Below, in pieces: positions 14,015 through 27,385 of a stretch of 64,000 nucleotides of DNA. The stretch spans positions 995,295-1,059,294 of the forward strand of contig WELB01000007.1 in NCBI GenBank assembly GCA_009602725.1, written 5' to 3'. A program made the position numbers and the translations under genes. Below the pieces are notes generated by a model. It was not told the DNA's origin. It saw only the letters and a program-made list of their open reading frames with translations, and did not search any database. Source of the stretch: Spirogloea muscicola. Taxonomy: Eukaryota. The first letter of the stretch is position 1. Each line of letters opens with the position of its first letter.

Positions 14015-14949
14015 TCTAGTAGATGAGGTTATTCTGCAAGACAAGCGGCACCTTGATGGATAAGAGAGAGTCCTGGCAAGCCCTCTGCAACCAGCTGCAT
14101 GGCTGGAGAGCTGGAGAGGCTGGACACCTGCCCCGGGAGGCCGCGATGGCAGATGAGACGTGCTGGAAGGGGAGCACAAGCAGCGATCCCGGCGAGCTTG
14201 TGGCTCTGCCGCATGGCCAGCCAGGACCACCAGCACACGACACTGATGGTCTTTAGGGACCCCTCGGACGTCAATCCGTGGATCCGCACCCGTAGCAACA
14301 GCTCCCGACCGGCAGGTCGCGGTGGCCGTCGGAGGTGCGGCGCCGTCGGCTCCTCGCGCAGAGATGCGGGTGACGGAGGGCCTCGGTGGCGGCGGCGGCG
14401 GCGGCGGCACCGGCGGCGAAGGCGGCGGCGGCGGCGGCGGCGCGCGGCGCGGCGGCCTCTCGGGGAGGCCTGAGATGGTCGCGGCGGCGATCTTGGCCAT
14501 GCCGGGGGTCATGCATGCAGCGGGGCCGCCCTCCCCACACGTAATTATCCCCACGCCCGAGGTGGCGCCAAGCTAATATGGCTGGTATGGCTTATATGGC
14601 TACTGTGGCTTCGCTGCATCAGTTGTGACCACCCGCCTGGCTGGCCTTTACAGCCTCTATTCACATCAGCAGCCGCACTCCTTGGTGCCTCAACTCGCCC
14701 GGTTTGGGGTACCGTATGTTCACGAAGTGTTTTTCCTGCACGTGAGAATGCTAAGAGATACTCCATGTACTCTTTGCGCCCGGCTACGTCCCGACCGCCC
14801 GTTCATTTTGCACAAGCTTTTGCCAATGATGATAAAATTGGCTTCAATTGGCCAATTTCATGCGCCCCGCTGCCAAACAAAGGCGCCCGCCTCCGCTTCT
14901 GCTCCTCCTCCCGAACCCACTGCTGGCGGAGAAACGGCTCTTCCAATAC

Positions 14950-15140
14950 GGCAGTGGCTGAGACGCCAGCCCAAAGGAATGGACAAGGTCTGAAAGGGCC
15001 GGAAGGTGCGAAATACGAATTTAAGTTTCCTATATTCTGCTTCTGAACGCTCAATAACCTCTAGTCAAGGAGTGCAGATCGAGACAAGTAGAGGGTGGAG
15101 AAGCATCGCCCTCTCTGACTGCTGGCGAGTCTGGACTCAC
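14950..15140 (-). mobile_element. Degenerate CRE-like 3' fragment
   Basis: Reverse complement encodes ...LDLHSLTRGY* and then carries ttgtccattcctttgggctgg, like lineage A ends. Confidence 0.65.
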
Positions 15141-16448
15141 GCCTCCTCAGGCTGTCCGCGTTACAGCGTGTGGCCGTCTGTGTAGAAGCCAGACCCTGGC
15201 CAGCGTCTGCCTAAGGGGGAAAGGACCTCCACCGCAACAGAAGCTTTTCCAGAAGGGAAAGCCCTACCATGAGGAGTGGGTGGCTGCAAAAGGCCAGCCC
15301 ATGAAGAATGGACAAGATCCAGGAGATAACAAACAGGAAAGGCAACGCTCTTTAGGAGAAACAAGTGGCTACCACCACAACGACAACGCCACCGCAACTG
15401 TGCACATCGTGGCATACTTAGCAAGCCCCACATGAACCCTGGCCGCTGCCAGACGTCAACGAGTCCGGCGGGCATTGGTCATGAAGGGCGGCAGCGCTGT
15501 GGCGGCAAAGTGTCGCAGACACTCAGCTGCAGGGTCGAAAGTGAGTGTTTCTGTGGACGCTCAGCACAATTGCTGATGGCACATGGTGGACGAGCCCGAC
15601 CTGTGCTGCTTCGCCAACTTGCAAAACGCTTTTGCAAAGCTCCTATGAAGCGTCTGAGACTGTTGCCATGCTATTCGTGCTTAACACACCATATGCTCCC
15701 CGCTGCCAGTGTGGCAGGCGCTACTTGGAGGAGGGGACGTACATGTGTACCTGCCATACACACACCAATTAGAGGAGAGGAGGGGACATGCACAGGTCCC
15801 TGCAGTACGTATGACTGTAGCCTAAATCTGGAAGAAGATGCGATTTGGCTTTCATTATGCACATGGTCAATCAACAATTGCATGTGCTGGCCTTCACAGC
15901 CGCCTCCTTGGAAGAGCACTCATACTGATGACGACTCTCCTGGGAGAGGAGACACTACTACCATGTCATCAAACCAATGACCATGACGCACCTTTCACAT
16001 GTGAATATCCATCAACTTTTGCAAAAGCTCCTTTGCTGCTCGACCGATCATTGTGCAAGTTGCTCAAGGAGTACAAGACGGGTGGGGTCCACCCTGAAAG
16101 CTAGCTTGTGTGGCAGTCTTTGACCCCCGGTTCCGGTTGGGTGACTTGGACGGAGTATAGCAGATACACGGTAATTGACCCGATTTAACAATGATCGAGT
16201 AATGATTAGTATTGGCAAGTGGCTAATGACAAGACACAGCAATGCAACTGCGTCAAGTTGTTAGTAGCACAGACACTCTACTCAGCAAATAGCATATGCT
16301 ACTTCTATTGAGACCAACTGTTTGTAGGAGGTAGTAGTAGGAGTTGGCCCACATGCTGACTGTACCTTGCCCACGTGAGGTGGACATATCACAGTAAGAA
16401 ATTGCTGGATGACGCTCAAGTAAGCTGAGAGCTTTTAATGTTCAAGCC

Positions 16449-19289
16449 TCAAAGAGAAGGTTGCACTTGGCAGCTTTTCTTATAGTCAGCATCAGAGAGT
16501 CTTGACCAGTTTGCCAAGGAATTGAAATGCTCCCAACTGCACAACTGATTAATCAATCTCGCATGCCAAGGACCCTGATCCAACCAGCTTGCACCTTCCG
16601 GAGGTGCGCATCTTGGCAAATCAACCTCCTCGCCGTTGTACAGCACGCGCACAAAATGTGCCTGGTTGTCCAGTGTTGACCAAAGCTCCAAACACATGTA
16701 GGATGAGTACGGTGGCCATGTTGGACAAGGTATTCCCAAGCTTGCTGTCACACAGACGAAACATCCACTCTTGAGCAAGCCATATAAGTCATTTTCTTTG
16801 CTGTGGACCTATGACACCTGTTGGTTATGATACTGAAGGTCAACTGGTAAAAAGCAAGACTGCAGGAAAGGATAACACAAGCATTGAAGCAGTAATGGGT
16901 TAACTCTTGCAGATGCAAGCAGACAGAATCAGCTGGATTAGTAAAGGCATTCATGCTGGCCGTATGTATTTGAGTTTGAACGGTAGATACCTGCAAGTGG
17001 CATCAGCGTTGCATCATGGCCAGAATATAATATGTATCGGAGGTCAGATACTCCCTTCACACAGCTTGCCATGCTTTGACATAGCTCATCAACAAGTCTG
17101 CCCATTGCAAGCTGGCAGACTTCTTGACTCTGCAGGTGGGCCCCAACAGACAAATGAGTAATGACCACAACCGCAAGCAAGATACGAAGTTTGTGAAGGC
17201 TTGTCAGGGTAGAACTCAACAAGCTTCAGATTCCTGGCTGCAAGAATGATAGCATGATTTGGTTTGAAATCAAGGCAGGCTGTGTATACTGTAAGTACGA
17301 AGGTAATGACCTTTTTGTGTTGCAGCTTTGAGTAAGGAACTCACTGAAAAGGTTGTGGCGTGGTCTACTGAAAGCAGGTGACGGAGCTCATCGATTTCTT
17401 TCTTTGTCACACCATTGGGAAGTGCATCTCCATGTTGTTGACGGCAGTCAAGGTTGTCAACTGCCTGCAAGACATTACCCAGCACCACTGAGTGGCCCGG
17501 CACTCTGCAAATGAATGACCCAGATTCAAGGCTGCCATTATACTGAGTGTGTCAGCTGACTTCTTTTTCCATAATCAGTGGTCAAAGTAGCTCTTGGTGA
17601 ATGTCAAATTCTGATTTGTGCAACTGCCCAACTGCTTTACTACAAGGATAGCTTACCGTGACCCAAGGGAAGCGACTATCGACATCCAAATGATAAAATT
17701 TTCGGACTGCTTCTGCAAACGGCTGCACACATCACTCGTGAGCCGGTCTGGTTGATACACCAACCAGTGAAGGATAGGCCCTGTAGGTACCCACACTCAA
17801 CGCACTCAATATCTTCCTTGCATTACACAACCAACTCGTGATCCTGAATGACTAAGAAAAATGTGTATTCAGTAAGCAGCCTACCCGATAAATAGCTCGC
17901 CAACCGACAAAGTGCCGGCTCCCATCAGCTATTTGTATTGGGCTAGTCATTGCCTTCCATGCCTTGCCCCAGAGCAGGGAACCCCTGACGCACAAGCCAC
18001 CCGTCCTTCAAGCCTCAGCTTCTGAGGAGGACTCTCAGATTCTGCAGCTACATTCGATGCAACGGAGGCATAAGGCAGCGTCAGCCTGCGTCTGCCTCGG
18101 TCTTGAGCATTCTGGACAGCCCTTTACCTCTTGCAATTGTCATTATTGTACAAGTTCTCAGCTTCGTCATCCCATATGACAATGGGGACCTTTGCTGCTG
18201 CCTCCTTGGAGCCAAGCAAGCCAGCGAGAACAAAGAAGCCTGCCCACAGCCGTTCAACGGTCACGTGAAGTAGTGACGTCCTCTTGCCTTGTCAAGCAGG
18301 CCAGGGTAGACAGGACGGCATGCTTCAGACTATACCTTTGATGTCTGCACTTACCACTAAGGTGAGTGCGAGGGAAGTCAGTTGATCGGATACTGGTCCT
18401 CATGAGGGGATTGTCCTCAGGAGGACCTAGCAGCTCTGCATAGCGCTCCCGCAGAGACATCCCCAACTGTTGAGCTTCTCGAGCACCTGAGTTACAAATT
18501 TGGCCAACTGGAGATCAATGTGCACCTTCACATTGAGGCTCAGACTTCACAAATACACTACCCGTCAAGTAAGGGTTAATAGATGGAAGGAGGTGTCAGT
18601 TAGCAAGCCCTGACACTAAGAAGTACATGCGTATACAACGAGGAGGTCACCTTTGGTAGTGAGTTGACCATAAGGATACTCGTTGCCACGCTTGTAGATT
18701 CTGTCCTCAAGCTCCACAGGACGTCGTTGCAGGCGTCTCTCCCAGATCTCGCCGTCGCTCTGGCCGGTCAGAGGAACTGGCGATCTGTCCCCGTGCCGAA
18801 AGAGCACGTGCACCTGTCTCATGGCAAGGCCTGACAGTCAGCCATTAACATCTCTAGCTTGATCAATTTCGTGAGCTTACGGCGTAAGTATCGACTCAAA
18901 GCGCTGACGATGGACGAAATCGTCAGCTGCGGGCAACTCCTGCCACTGGCAAGCCGTTTATCAGACTCCCACAGATGGCATAAATGGCCGCCAGTGTCGC
19001 TAATTGCCACTGGAGTTGGATCGAGCTGCAGGATCCGGCCGTCCTGTTGTGCTTGCGAGGACTGGCCGGTGACAGGCAGCCGCGGATGAGCTGATGTGCT
19101 CGCCTGCAGGAGCTTCAGGGGCAGCTCAGAAGGCGGCCTGCGCGGCGCAGCGGCCCGCGAGATCGGCTCTGCCACGGCGGCCGTCGCACCGCCGGGCTCG
19201 CCGCCGGCGGGCGCGGCGGTGGCGGCCGCGGCGATCCCGGCCAGCGCTCCGAGCGCAGGCGGCAGCCGGGCGCGCCATGGCCACGCCAT
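16449..19289 (-). CDS. Histidine acid phosphatase (His_Phos_2, ACP6/lysophosphatidic acid phosphatase-like) with N-terminal targeting-like segment
   Basis: VHVLFRHGDRSP (RHGxRxP), GQLTTKG, IRSTDFPRTHLS, YILYSGHDATLMPL (HD motif), WPPYSSYMCLELW and VRVLYNGEE across GT-AG exons. Confidence 0.92.
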
Positions 19290-19549
19290 GAAGCTCCAAG
19301 AGTTACCTTCTTGTAGAGGGGATCAAGCGCGATGCCACGGCATGGTGCGTTCCAGGGAGCCGAGCCTCGCCACCGTGGCAGGCCACGTCGGCAGGTCGTC
19401 TTGACGAGGACGCCAGGTGGGAGAGCACGTTGCGGGCCGCCCTCGTGGCGATCTACAAGCCGACTGGCCATGAGAGACGGGCAAAGGCGCGCGCGGGTGA
19501 GCAAGTTCTGAAAGCGAGGCCAAGCCAAGCGATACTCTGATCATCTGAA

Positions 19550-20232
19550 AGAGAGAAGGGGCACTACAAATGGGGGCAAGGGCTGTGAAAAGCCAGCCCG
19601 AAAAAGAATTGCCAAAGGTTCGAAGGGGCCAAATGATGGAGGGGTCTAAAAAGAAGAAGAAGTGGCTCTCCCCATGGGGGCAAGGGCTGTGAGAAGCCAG
19701 CCCGAAAAGAATTGACAAGGTTCGAAGAGGCCAAAGTACGAGCTAAGCAGCGACTGCGGCCTAAAAAGCGGTCCCTAGCTTTTGCGGTCCACTTGCGCGC
19801 AGGCCGCGCTCTGGCGGCGGCCTCCGGCTTCCGTCAGGGCGACGTATTTCCGCCTGCTAGCTACTCAGATTTGCATCTACTGACGAGAGGTTACTGAGAG
19901 TTCGCTTACTGCTGTCTCAGTCCTTAGCACTCCGACTCCTTCAGACCTTGTCCATTCTTTTGGGCTGGCCTCTCCCAGCCACCAGTTAATCTGGCCGCGC
20001 TTGCTTAAAGCGCTAAGCAGCCACGAAGGGGCCTGAAGAGGCTATGTCAGAACGGGGGAGGATGGACCACTCAGTAATTACGAGTGAGGAGCCTCAAATC
20101 CGACAGACTAGCTGCCGGAAAATTACCCCCCTATCCCTTTTCCGGCTCCTCTTTCTTTGGCTTTGGACATTGTCCACTCTTTTTTAAGCTGGCTTTGCCA
20201 GCCCCTCTTCTCTATGGGCGCACACTTCTTCT
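19550..20232. mobile_element. Nested cluster of CRE-like 3' fragments (lineages E-, E-, A+, C+) in the divergent phosphatase/VHA-d promoter region
   Basis: 19790-19897 encodes LRAGRALAAASGFRQGDVFPPASYSDLHLLTRGY*. Reverse of 20070-20110 encodes LSDLRLLTRNY*. Blocks are shared with 49065-49530, 39620-39747 and 26900-26990. Confidence 0.85.
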
Positions 20233-20915
20233 ATCCCCCTTTGAAAGGCAAACATTGGGGTCTTCGGCAGGGCCACTTTATCTTCGATAGCACGCCCCGT
20301 TAGGGCAGGATGTGCAGTGCAGTGCATCGCGGCGCCGGCCACCTCTGCTGGCACCGTCCCGCCAGTCCCAACGTACCATACCACCACTTTTATTATTGTC
20401 CTGGTACGTCTCGAGCTTGCAGCCGTTTGCCGGCTTGCCACTCCTCGGTTGTTGGGCTCCTTCCACTTCGCGGCTGTTTCCCCTTCGTTATCAGCTTCTC
20501 ACCCCGCTACGCATCTCGTCATTGCCATTTGCCGGAAGGGCTGCAGCGGACGCGCCGCCCGACTGCGGCGACGGCGGCGCCCGCGGCTCCTCCTCCCGTC
20601 AGCTCGGACGTGCCCGCGACTCGATCGGCCTCACAGTGGGCCGTTACGCCGGTCTCAACCGGGCCTTCGAAGCACTCCGTGCTTGGAACCGTCGCCGTGG
20701 CTCGGCATCCTTTTCTCGTTTCGGCCTGTGTGGCCCTTGACGGAGCGCCTGGCCAGACCGAGAGACGGTGGTTCTAACAGAGATTTGGACGAGCCATTGA
20801 GATCTCAAGGGCCCGCGCTGCTGGGCTAAAGCAAGCGGCACTCAGTGGGAGGCCCTAATGAGTTGAGCCCGGTTGAGTTGGAATCCTTTGGCTTTGAGGG
20901 CAGCGCTCCGCGACC

Positions 20916-23536
20916 ATGGCTTCGACTCAGAAGAACATGTATGGATTCGAGGCGATGAGCTTCAACATCAACGACGGCTTCTTGGAGGCTGTCCTCCGAG
21001 GCCACCGAGCAGGCCTGCTGACTGCTGCCGACTACAACAACCTATGCCAGTGCGAGACGCTGGACGACATCAAGCTTCACCTCACCGGCACAGACTACGG
21101 GCCTTACCTGCAGAACGGTGACTTTAGCAGGGACCTTCAGGCCCTTTTGCTTCTGCTGGCTAATGGCACCTGCGTCCTGCTCTTAGAGCAACTAGCACTC
21201 AGTGAAACTGCTCCTGACGAGTACATTTGTGCATGCGTTCACAGAGCCCTCGCCACTGCACACAAGCACAATCGTGGAGAAATGCACGCAGAAGCTAGTG
21301 GAGGACTACATGTACATGCGCAACCAGGCCACTGAGCCCCTCTCCACCTTCCTGGACTACATCACGTAAGCAGTCATTGGCTTCTGACCTAGTTGGCTTG
21401 GCAATCTTGGACTGGCAAGCTTGGCAGCAGGTCGATAAGTTGGTGGGACCTTCAAGGTCTTGCTGCTGATCCGCACATGATGTTGATTGTCTTCTTACTG
21501 GTGGTGACTTGTGGGGGTGCTGCAGATATGGCCACATGATTGATAATGTCGTGCTCATTGTGACTGGCACCCTGCATGAACGGGATGTTCATGAGCTTCT
21601 AGACAAGTGCCACCCTCTTGGAATGTTTGACAGGTAGGCTGAGTGCACTGCATAATTGTCTCGGGGTCAAAGGTTGCCATCCACTGATCTAAGGCGTCCC
21701 TGGCAGCACAAGTATCACTCGGAGTACCCCTTAGAAACGGTGTGCTAACCCAGCCAATGCATCTGATGGTGCACTATCAGTGATCAGATTGACATGCACC
21801 GCTTTTTCCTGTCCTGCAGCATTGCAACCTTGGCAGTTGCACAGAATATGCGTGAACTTTATCGGCTAGTACTTGTGGACACACCATTGGCTCCATACTT
21901 CTCTGAATGTATCACCTCGGAGGTGCATGGCTTTCTGGAAGCCTCTCTTCTGATTTCTTCAGAAACTCACTTGTTCTAGGTCTTGGTTGAGTTGACGAGA
22001 AACATATTTACTTGAAGGTGTTGCTATGAAGCTCAGGAGCTTTTGCTGTGTTGTTTACATTCGGCAGGATCTTGATGACATGAACATTGAGATCATGAGG
22101 AACATATTGTACAAAGCCTACCTAGAGGATTTCCACAAATTCTGTCAAGTGAGTTGCTGCGTAGACAACACATAGTAGACAACAGCCTTGATGTGTCAAT
22201 CAAGTTTCAAGAGCATGAGCTTGACAAGCAAAGGAGTTCAGCTTAGTAAGCAAAGGAGTGATTGTCACTCTTCTTCAGAAACTTGGAGGGGCAACTGCAG
22301 ATATCATGAGTGACCTATTATTCTTTGAGGCGGATAGGAGGGCAGTCAACATCACCATCAATAGGTGATTGCAAAGAATGAGTTTATATTTTTATAAAGT
22401 GACCTATCTTGTTTATGGACTGTAGGGCAGCCAGCTCATGTGTTGCATAAGTCAATCTGCACTGTTTTCTTGGGTTGAAAACTGAGATATTGCAAGAGTA
22501 TGGTTTGAGGTGCAAAGTTTCTCCTTGCTGGCAGCATTGGTACGGAGTTGACGCGAGATGATCGCCGCAAATTGTACTCCAACTTCGGGCTTCTGTAAGT
22601 ACTTTCCGTATGTTATATTTACACAGCATCTTAGAGGATGCAGATGCTGTATCCAGACATTCGGACTATGCTACAGACACTTGCATGAAAAGATTTTGCA
22701 CCAGTAGGTCTCCTTTGGTTCTTGTTGTCATGACACGTAGAGCTCTTCATCAAGCAGAGGCATAGTGAGCTATAAATGACTACCACACTGCGACCAATAG
22801 TACAAGGAGCTCATCAGCTTATGCTTCTTGTATTGTAGTGCTGCTCTGTCACAATACATGGTTCATTTTCTTGAGGCTCACGTGGATCTTTCCTCTCGGC
22901 AGGTATCCATATGGGCACGAGGAGCTTGCCATTTGTGAAGACTTTGACAGCGTATGCTCCATCAGGACTGCCCAGGATCGTGATCCTGGTGCTGGGTAGC
23001 TTGTACATCTGAACTTTACAGAACAGCTTCTGATCTGTGTCTGGGTTGCTTACGTGCAGGTCCGTGCTGCAATGGAGAAGTACCCCATGTATGCTGCCAC
23101 GTTTGCGAAGTTGTCATATGGTGAGAGCCAAATGCTGGACAAGGCATTCTATGAGGAGGAGGTCAAGCGACTCACACTTGCATTTGAGCAGCAGGTAGGT
23201 GCTACCGCTTAGCCCAATGCAGATGACAGGGGACTTCATACTGCTTTTTGATTGTTGTCTTACTTCGCAACGATTGATGTGGCTTTCATCTCGTCGCGAC
23301 TGACATGTTCATCTATTTGAGCTATACTCCGGAAGCATGTTAATAGATCCTCCAAAAGTTTGTATTGTGCTGATAGGAGGGTGTATGTGTTTTATGCCTT
23401 GTAGTTCCATTATGGAGTTTTCTTTGCATACGTCCGATTGAGGGAGCAAGAAATCCGCAACCTCATGTGGATATCAGAATGTGTTGCGCAAAGGCAGAAG
23501 GCCCGCATCCATGATGGCATTGTGATCATATTCTAA
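20916..23536 (+). CDS. VHA-d: V-type proton ATPase V0 subunit d
   Basis: [150 protein letters not shown]; stop TAA at 23534-23536. The start could be 20937. Confidence 0.98.
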
Positions 23537-23990
23537 GTATGTTTTTACATGAGAACTGCCACCTGCTGATATCGTGATCCATAAAGTACTCCAAACAACT
23601 TGTTTAATTTGCGTCTGATTCATGTGGTGTTCATCATTGAAACCCCTGTTGACACCATGGGCCAGCTTGACTGCTTGCTTCAGCACTTGGCACGGAGGAA
23701 TGCATGGCCAAGCTGTCTGAGTGACAGATACGCTCTCATAAGGTGGTTCACCTGCTCATCTACCACCGGCGGTCATCGTTGATCGCCTGTGGTGGATAGT
23801 CAGATGCGCCTCGCAGATGTTGCGGGCAGCTCTGAAAGCACTGCTCACTTCAGGAACCTACTAATTGCACCGGCTGCCCACCCTGGAGCTCAGCTAGAGC
23901 TAGTGTCTTAATCAGCGCTATCAGGCTCTGGCCTTGGCAGGCATGGCGGCTTAGCTCCCAACCCTGGGGGATTGAGTGGACTCTGAGCAC

Positions 23991-26075
23991 CTACGAGTGA
24001 GCGCATTTTTGAACGATACTGCAGCAGGTACAATAGAAAAGGGTCATGGATTGCTATGTAACACTTGCAGGCGTGAAAGAAAGGACCACAGCTATTGCAG
24101 TCTACAGTGGAAGGGTATGTAGCCACTTCTAGTGCTTACGTGTTCAGCAGCTGGCGGGCGTCTTTGATGCGCTCTTGGATCTCCCTGCAGCCTTTGTGCC
24201 GCTTAGCCTCTCCCTCAGCTCGGTCCAGCTCACTCTCAATCCTGAAAGGAGGAGAAACAGTTGATACAGACTCAAGTCAACCTGTACTGCATAAGCGGAA
24301 GGGAACGTGCTCAAGCAGGCAGTCAACCACATCCCCCTGGCAGCTGCTCACACACATCAAACACCCCCATAAGCAGGCTTGACACAAATAGCTGCCTACG
24401 ATTCTCTGCATATCAGACTCAGCTGCAAGCATGATGGAATGTTTCCCAATGACTAGGCTGCTCTACCTACTAATAAGCTCTGGAGGTATCAGCACCTCTG
24501 CTTGTGAGCAGGTGCTCTTGGCCACGTGCTCCGCATAGTAACATTCAACACGGCCAGGGACTGTGCATGCTTCACGTATCACTATCAGTCTGCAATAGTC
24601 GCCATCTTACCATGATCCACACTGCTTGACAACCTCAAAAGTACACAAGGTCTGCAGAAGTTTGCACAAAGGTGTTCCACGACTTGGATATTGAGAGAAC
24701 GGCATGGCGCTTGGCAGACCTCTGCAATGACACAACGAAAACAAAAAACGAAACGAGGAACTAATGTCAAGGATGGGAAGCATGCTATGTTGTGTAGGAT
24801 GCTGCACCTTAAGCACCGTGGCCTCGTCGAGACTGTGGAGCCAGTGCAGAAGCAGCGGCAGGAGCCGCTTGAAGTGGGCCAGCAGGACTAGCCCCAGAGC
24901 TTGCACAAGCGGCTGGACAGAGTCGAGCCACACTAGGCGCCAGGCAACTTCCTCACTGTACCGCTCCATCTCTCCCAGCAGCGTCTCAAAGACTTGGCTG
25001 TAGCTGCAAATAAGCAACGTGAAGCGCCTCAACAAGGAGGTAAGAAGTGTGCCTCCCTGCAGGCCAAGCAATGTCACTTGGGAGACTGTGTTGGGTTCAA
25101 TTCTCGAGTCCCGCGCCAGGATCGTCTTGGCAGCGCTTACAGCAGGCTCCTCGGGTTGGCGCTCTCCAGCCGGGTGGCGAGCCCCACAACCAGCGGCACC
25201 GCAAGCGGCCACAGCTCCTCGTGGCAGGCAACGAGATTGTGACAGAGTGCGTCCAACGTGACTGGCCCAAACCAGGCCAGGTCCTCGGCGCCGGCAGCTC
25301 GGACGAAGCGGCCCAAGGCGACTAGGCTGGCCCGCTGCCACACCCGCCGCAGCCTCCCTGGCCAACCTCAGCCAGCGAGCACTGTCCGAAGGCTTGCGAA
25401 CATCCGCAAGCCTTTTGGGCGAAGGCATCACGCGGCGTAGTGGCCACCGGAATGCCGTGCAGAAAGCTCAGAGCAGTCGAGGGTTGAGGCCGCCACGCTA
25501 CCAGGGTTTGGGGTTTGGTGGTTTGGTTTTGGCTTTTGGCGATGCAGCCTACATGGAGACTTGCAGCTAGTTACCTTCACGGCTGGCGAGAAGTGGTCGA
25601 GGGCGGTGAGCACGCAAGGCAGAGCCGCCCGCACGAGCGCCTGCAGCTCGCTCGCGTCCGCCTGCCGCCATGGCCACGCGCACTACGTCGTCATTCCTCG
25701 GCTGGCCGGGCTAGGCCTTGCCAGCTGCAGCATTCGCCGGCGTAAAAGATACTCCTAAGCACGAAGTTATTCTATCCTTTCGAGTTAGAAACATTTATGA
25801 GCTCTAGAGAAACTCTATAATCTGAATTGATTGCTTTTATCCGAAGCAAAAGCTTGTACACAAGCACACAGATGATAGGAAAATCACGTTCATCTGCTTT
25901 TCAACTTCATGGGCTGGTACTGGTGCGGCACCTGTAGGACCAGGGCCTCCAGGCGCGCCGCGGCCGCCGCTGCGTCCGCCGCGGCATCCCGCAGGTCCCC
26001 GCCGCCGGCCGGCGCCTGGCGCATGCGCCGCCGCAGGTCCCGCAGCTCGAGCTCCGCCGCCGCCGCGCCCATCAA
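23991..26075 (-). CDS. ARM/HEAT-repeat protein of the Tti2 type (TTT complex subunit-like)
   Basis: Spliced LPCVLTALDHFSPAVK, DLAWFGPVTLDALCHNL, LGLVLLAHFKRLLPLLLHWLH, LNVTMRSTWPR; last exon TIVQKCAHS*. The Tti2 assignment is from remembered family motifs and was not searched. Confidence 0.7.
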
Positions 26076-26182
26076 ATGTTACGCGGGCTTCGCCGCCGCG
26101 CCCATGGCAGAGGGGCCTGCGCAGGACGGCTCGGGCCGGCAACCACAGGCGGCGCTGGTGTCCGACGCGGCGCGCCGGTGAC

Positions 26183-26212
26183 TTTAGGGGGCCCTTTAGG
26201 GTTAGGTTAGGT
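26183..26212 (-). promoter_or_regulatory. Telomere-like (telo-box-like) repeats upstream of the TTI2-like gene
   Basis: + strand tttagggggccctttagggttaggttagg, about 110 bp upstream of the ATG at 26075. Confidence 0.5.
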
Positions 26213-26321
26213 CGGAGGGTGGAGAGGGGAGGCCTCGTCCAACGGTCCCGACGGTCACACCGACGGCGTCCGCCCTTTCCCCGCGCCTCTACCCGGACGT
26301 ATCTCGGCTGAATGAAGCTAA

Positions 26322-27095
26322 CATTGAGTCTACAGCGCTCCCAGGCACTCGCGATACACCAGCGTGCTGGTCGTGCATTAGCCCAGGCCAATGGCTTGCG
26401 TGGTGGTGGTTTGGCGCCTCAGTATAGCATGTCAGATATGCATGTGCTCACTCGGGGATATTAGTGTCCCCCTTAGCCAGCTCATTACCCAGTTAAGAGG
26501 ACATTTGTAAGGCTAGACTTGGCCTCCTTTCGATTTCATGCGCACCGCGCGCCTTCTTCCAGAGATCTCGCCAAGAGGTCGAGGTTGGTTTGACACGATC
26601 TACTCTTTCTGAAAACCCTGCAAGCCGTTCTGAGCTGATGACAAGGACCATTGTCACGCCTGCTGGCGCCGCACCCCGCTATGTCGTCGGAAAGCACCTA
26701 GAAACGGGCCCCGCCACTGCCCCTCCTTTGTGCTGACTCGTGGGTTACGGAGCGGGTCAGCTTAGCAGCAGGTGACGTGCATTTGTCAGTGTGCTTGTCA
26801 GCCCTGCAGCGAGCTACTCAGACCTGATGTTGCTCACCCGTGGGTAGTGAGAGCCCCCTGCAAGGTCTACGTGTTTTGTAGTGTTTTTGTGGTGTCGTCC
26901 TTTTTCTGGCTCCTCTTTCTTTGGCTTTGGACATTGTCCATTCTTTTTAGGACTGGCTTTGCCAGCCCCTCTTCTCTATGGGCGAGCACTTATGAAAGGA
27001 AAGCGCGGCCAAATCGGCTAGTACCTAACACGGAGATGGGCTCTTCCCGTAGATGGCGATGGCTGTGATCGGCCAGCCCAGGAAAAGAATGCAAC
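26322..27095. mobile_element. Cluster of CRE-like 3' fragments (B+, C+, A-, D-) in the divergent TTI2-like/MCTS1 promoter region
   Basis: 26322-26463 encodes LSLQRSQALAIHQRAGRALAQANGLRGGGLAPQYSMSDMHVLTRGY* and is near-identical to 58851-59090. 26810-26990 encodes SYSDLMLLTRG followed by the lineage C tail. Confidence 0.85.
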
Positions 27096-27385
27096 AGGTG
27101 GCCCCCATAGCTCCGGTGACTCTGCGGTGCCTGCCAAGGGCCTCCTCCGCAGCCCCCCAGCCCCGCCGCCGCCGCCGCCGCCGCCGTTAGCCACGGCCGA
27201 GGCGTCCGCCCCCACTTGAGCAGTCGCGCAGCCCGCCCTTGGCACCTGGCCGTTTGGCGCCAGCCCAGGAGCCGTCCACACGGCCTAGGCGGCCATGGCG
27301 TAAGCGGCAGCTGCCCATCGCGGGCCTCCGTGACAGGCCCTCTCTTGCCGCCAACGCCACAGGCGGCGGCCCCGGCACGCCAGAG

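Noticed and set aside
15430..16260. Cys-rich ORFs between ceQORH copy 2 and the phosphatase
   Set aside because: No recognisable domain or consistent splice model; the same holds for 29900-31250 and 43400-44600.
20030..20070. Hammerhead ribozyme core (CTGANGA) in the lineage E 3' UTR
   Set aside because: It lacks the GAAA core and the required three stems.
19550..20232. Repeat clusters as CRISPR-like arrays or tRNA-derived SINEs
   Set aside because: No regular repeat-spacer period and no A/B boxes; the units carry the C-terminal coding end of the CRE-like ORF.
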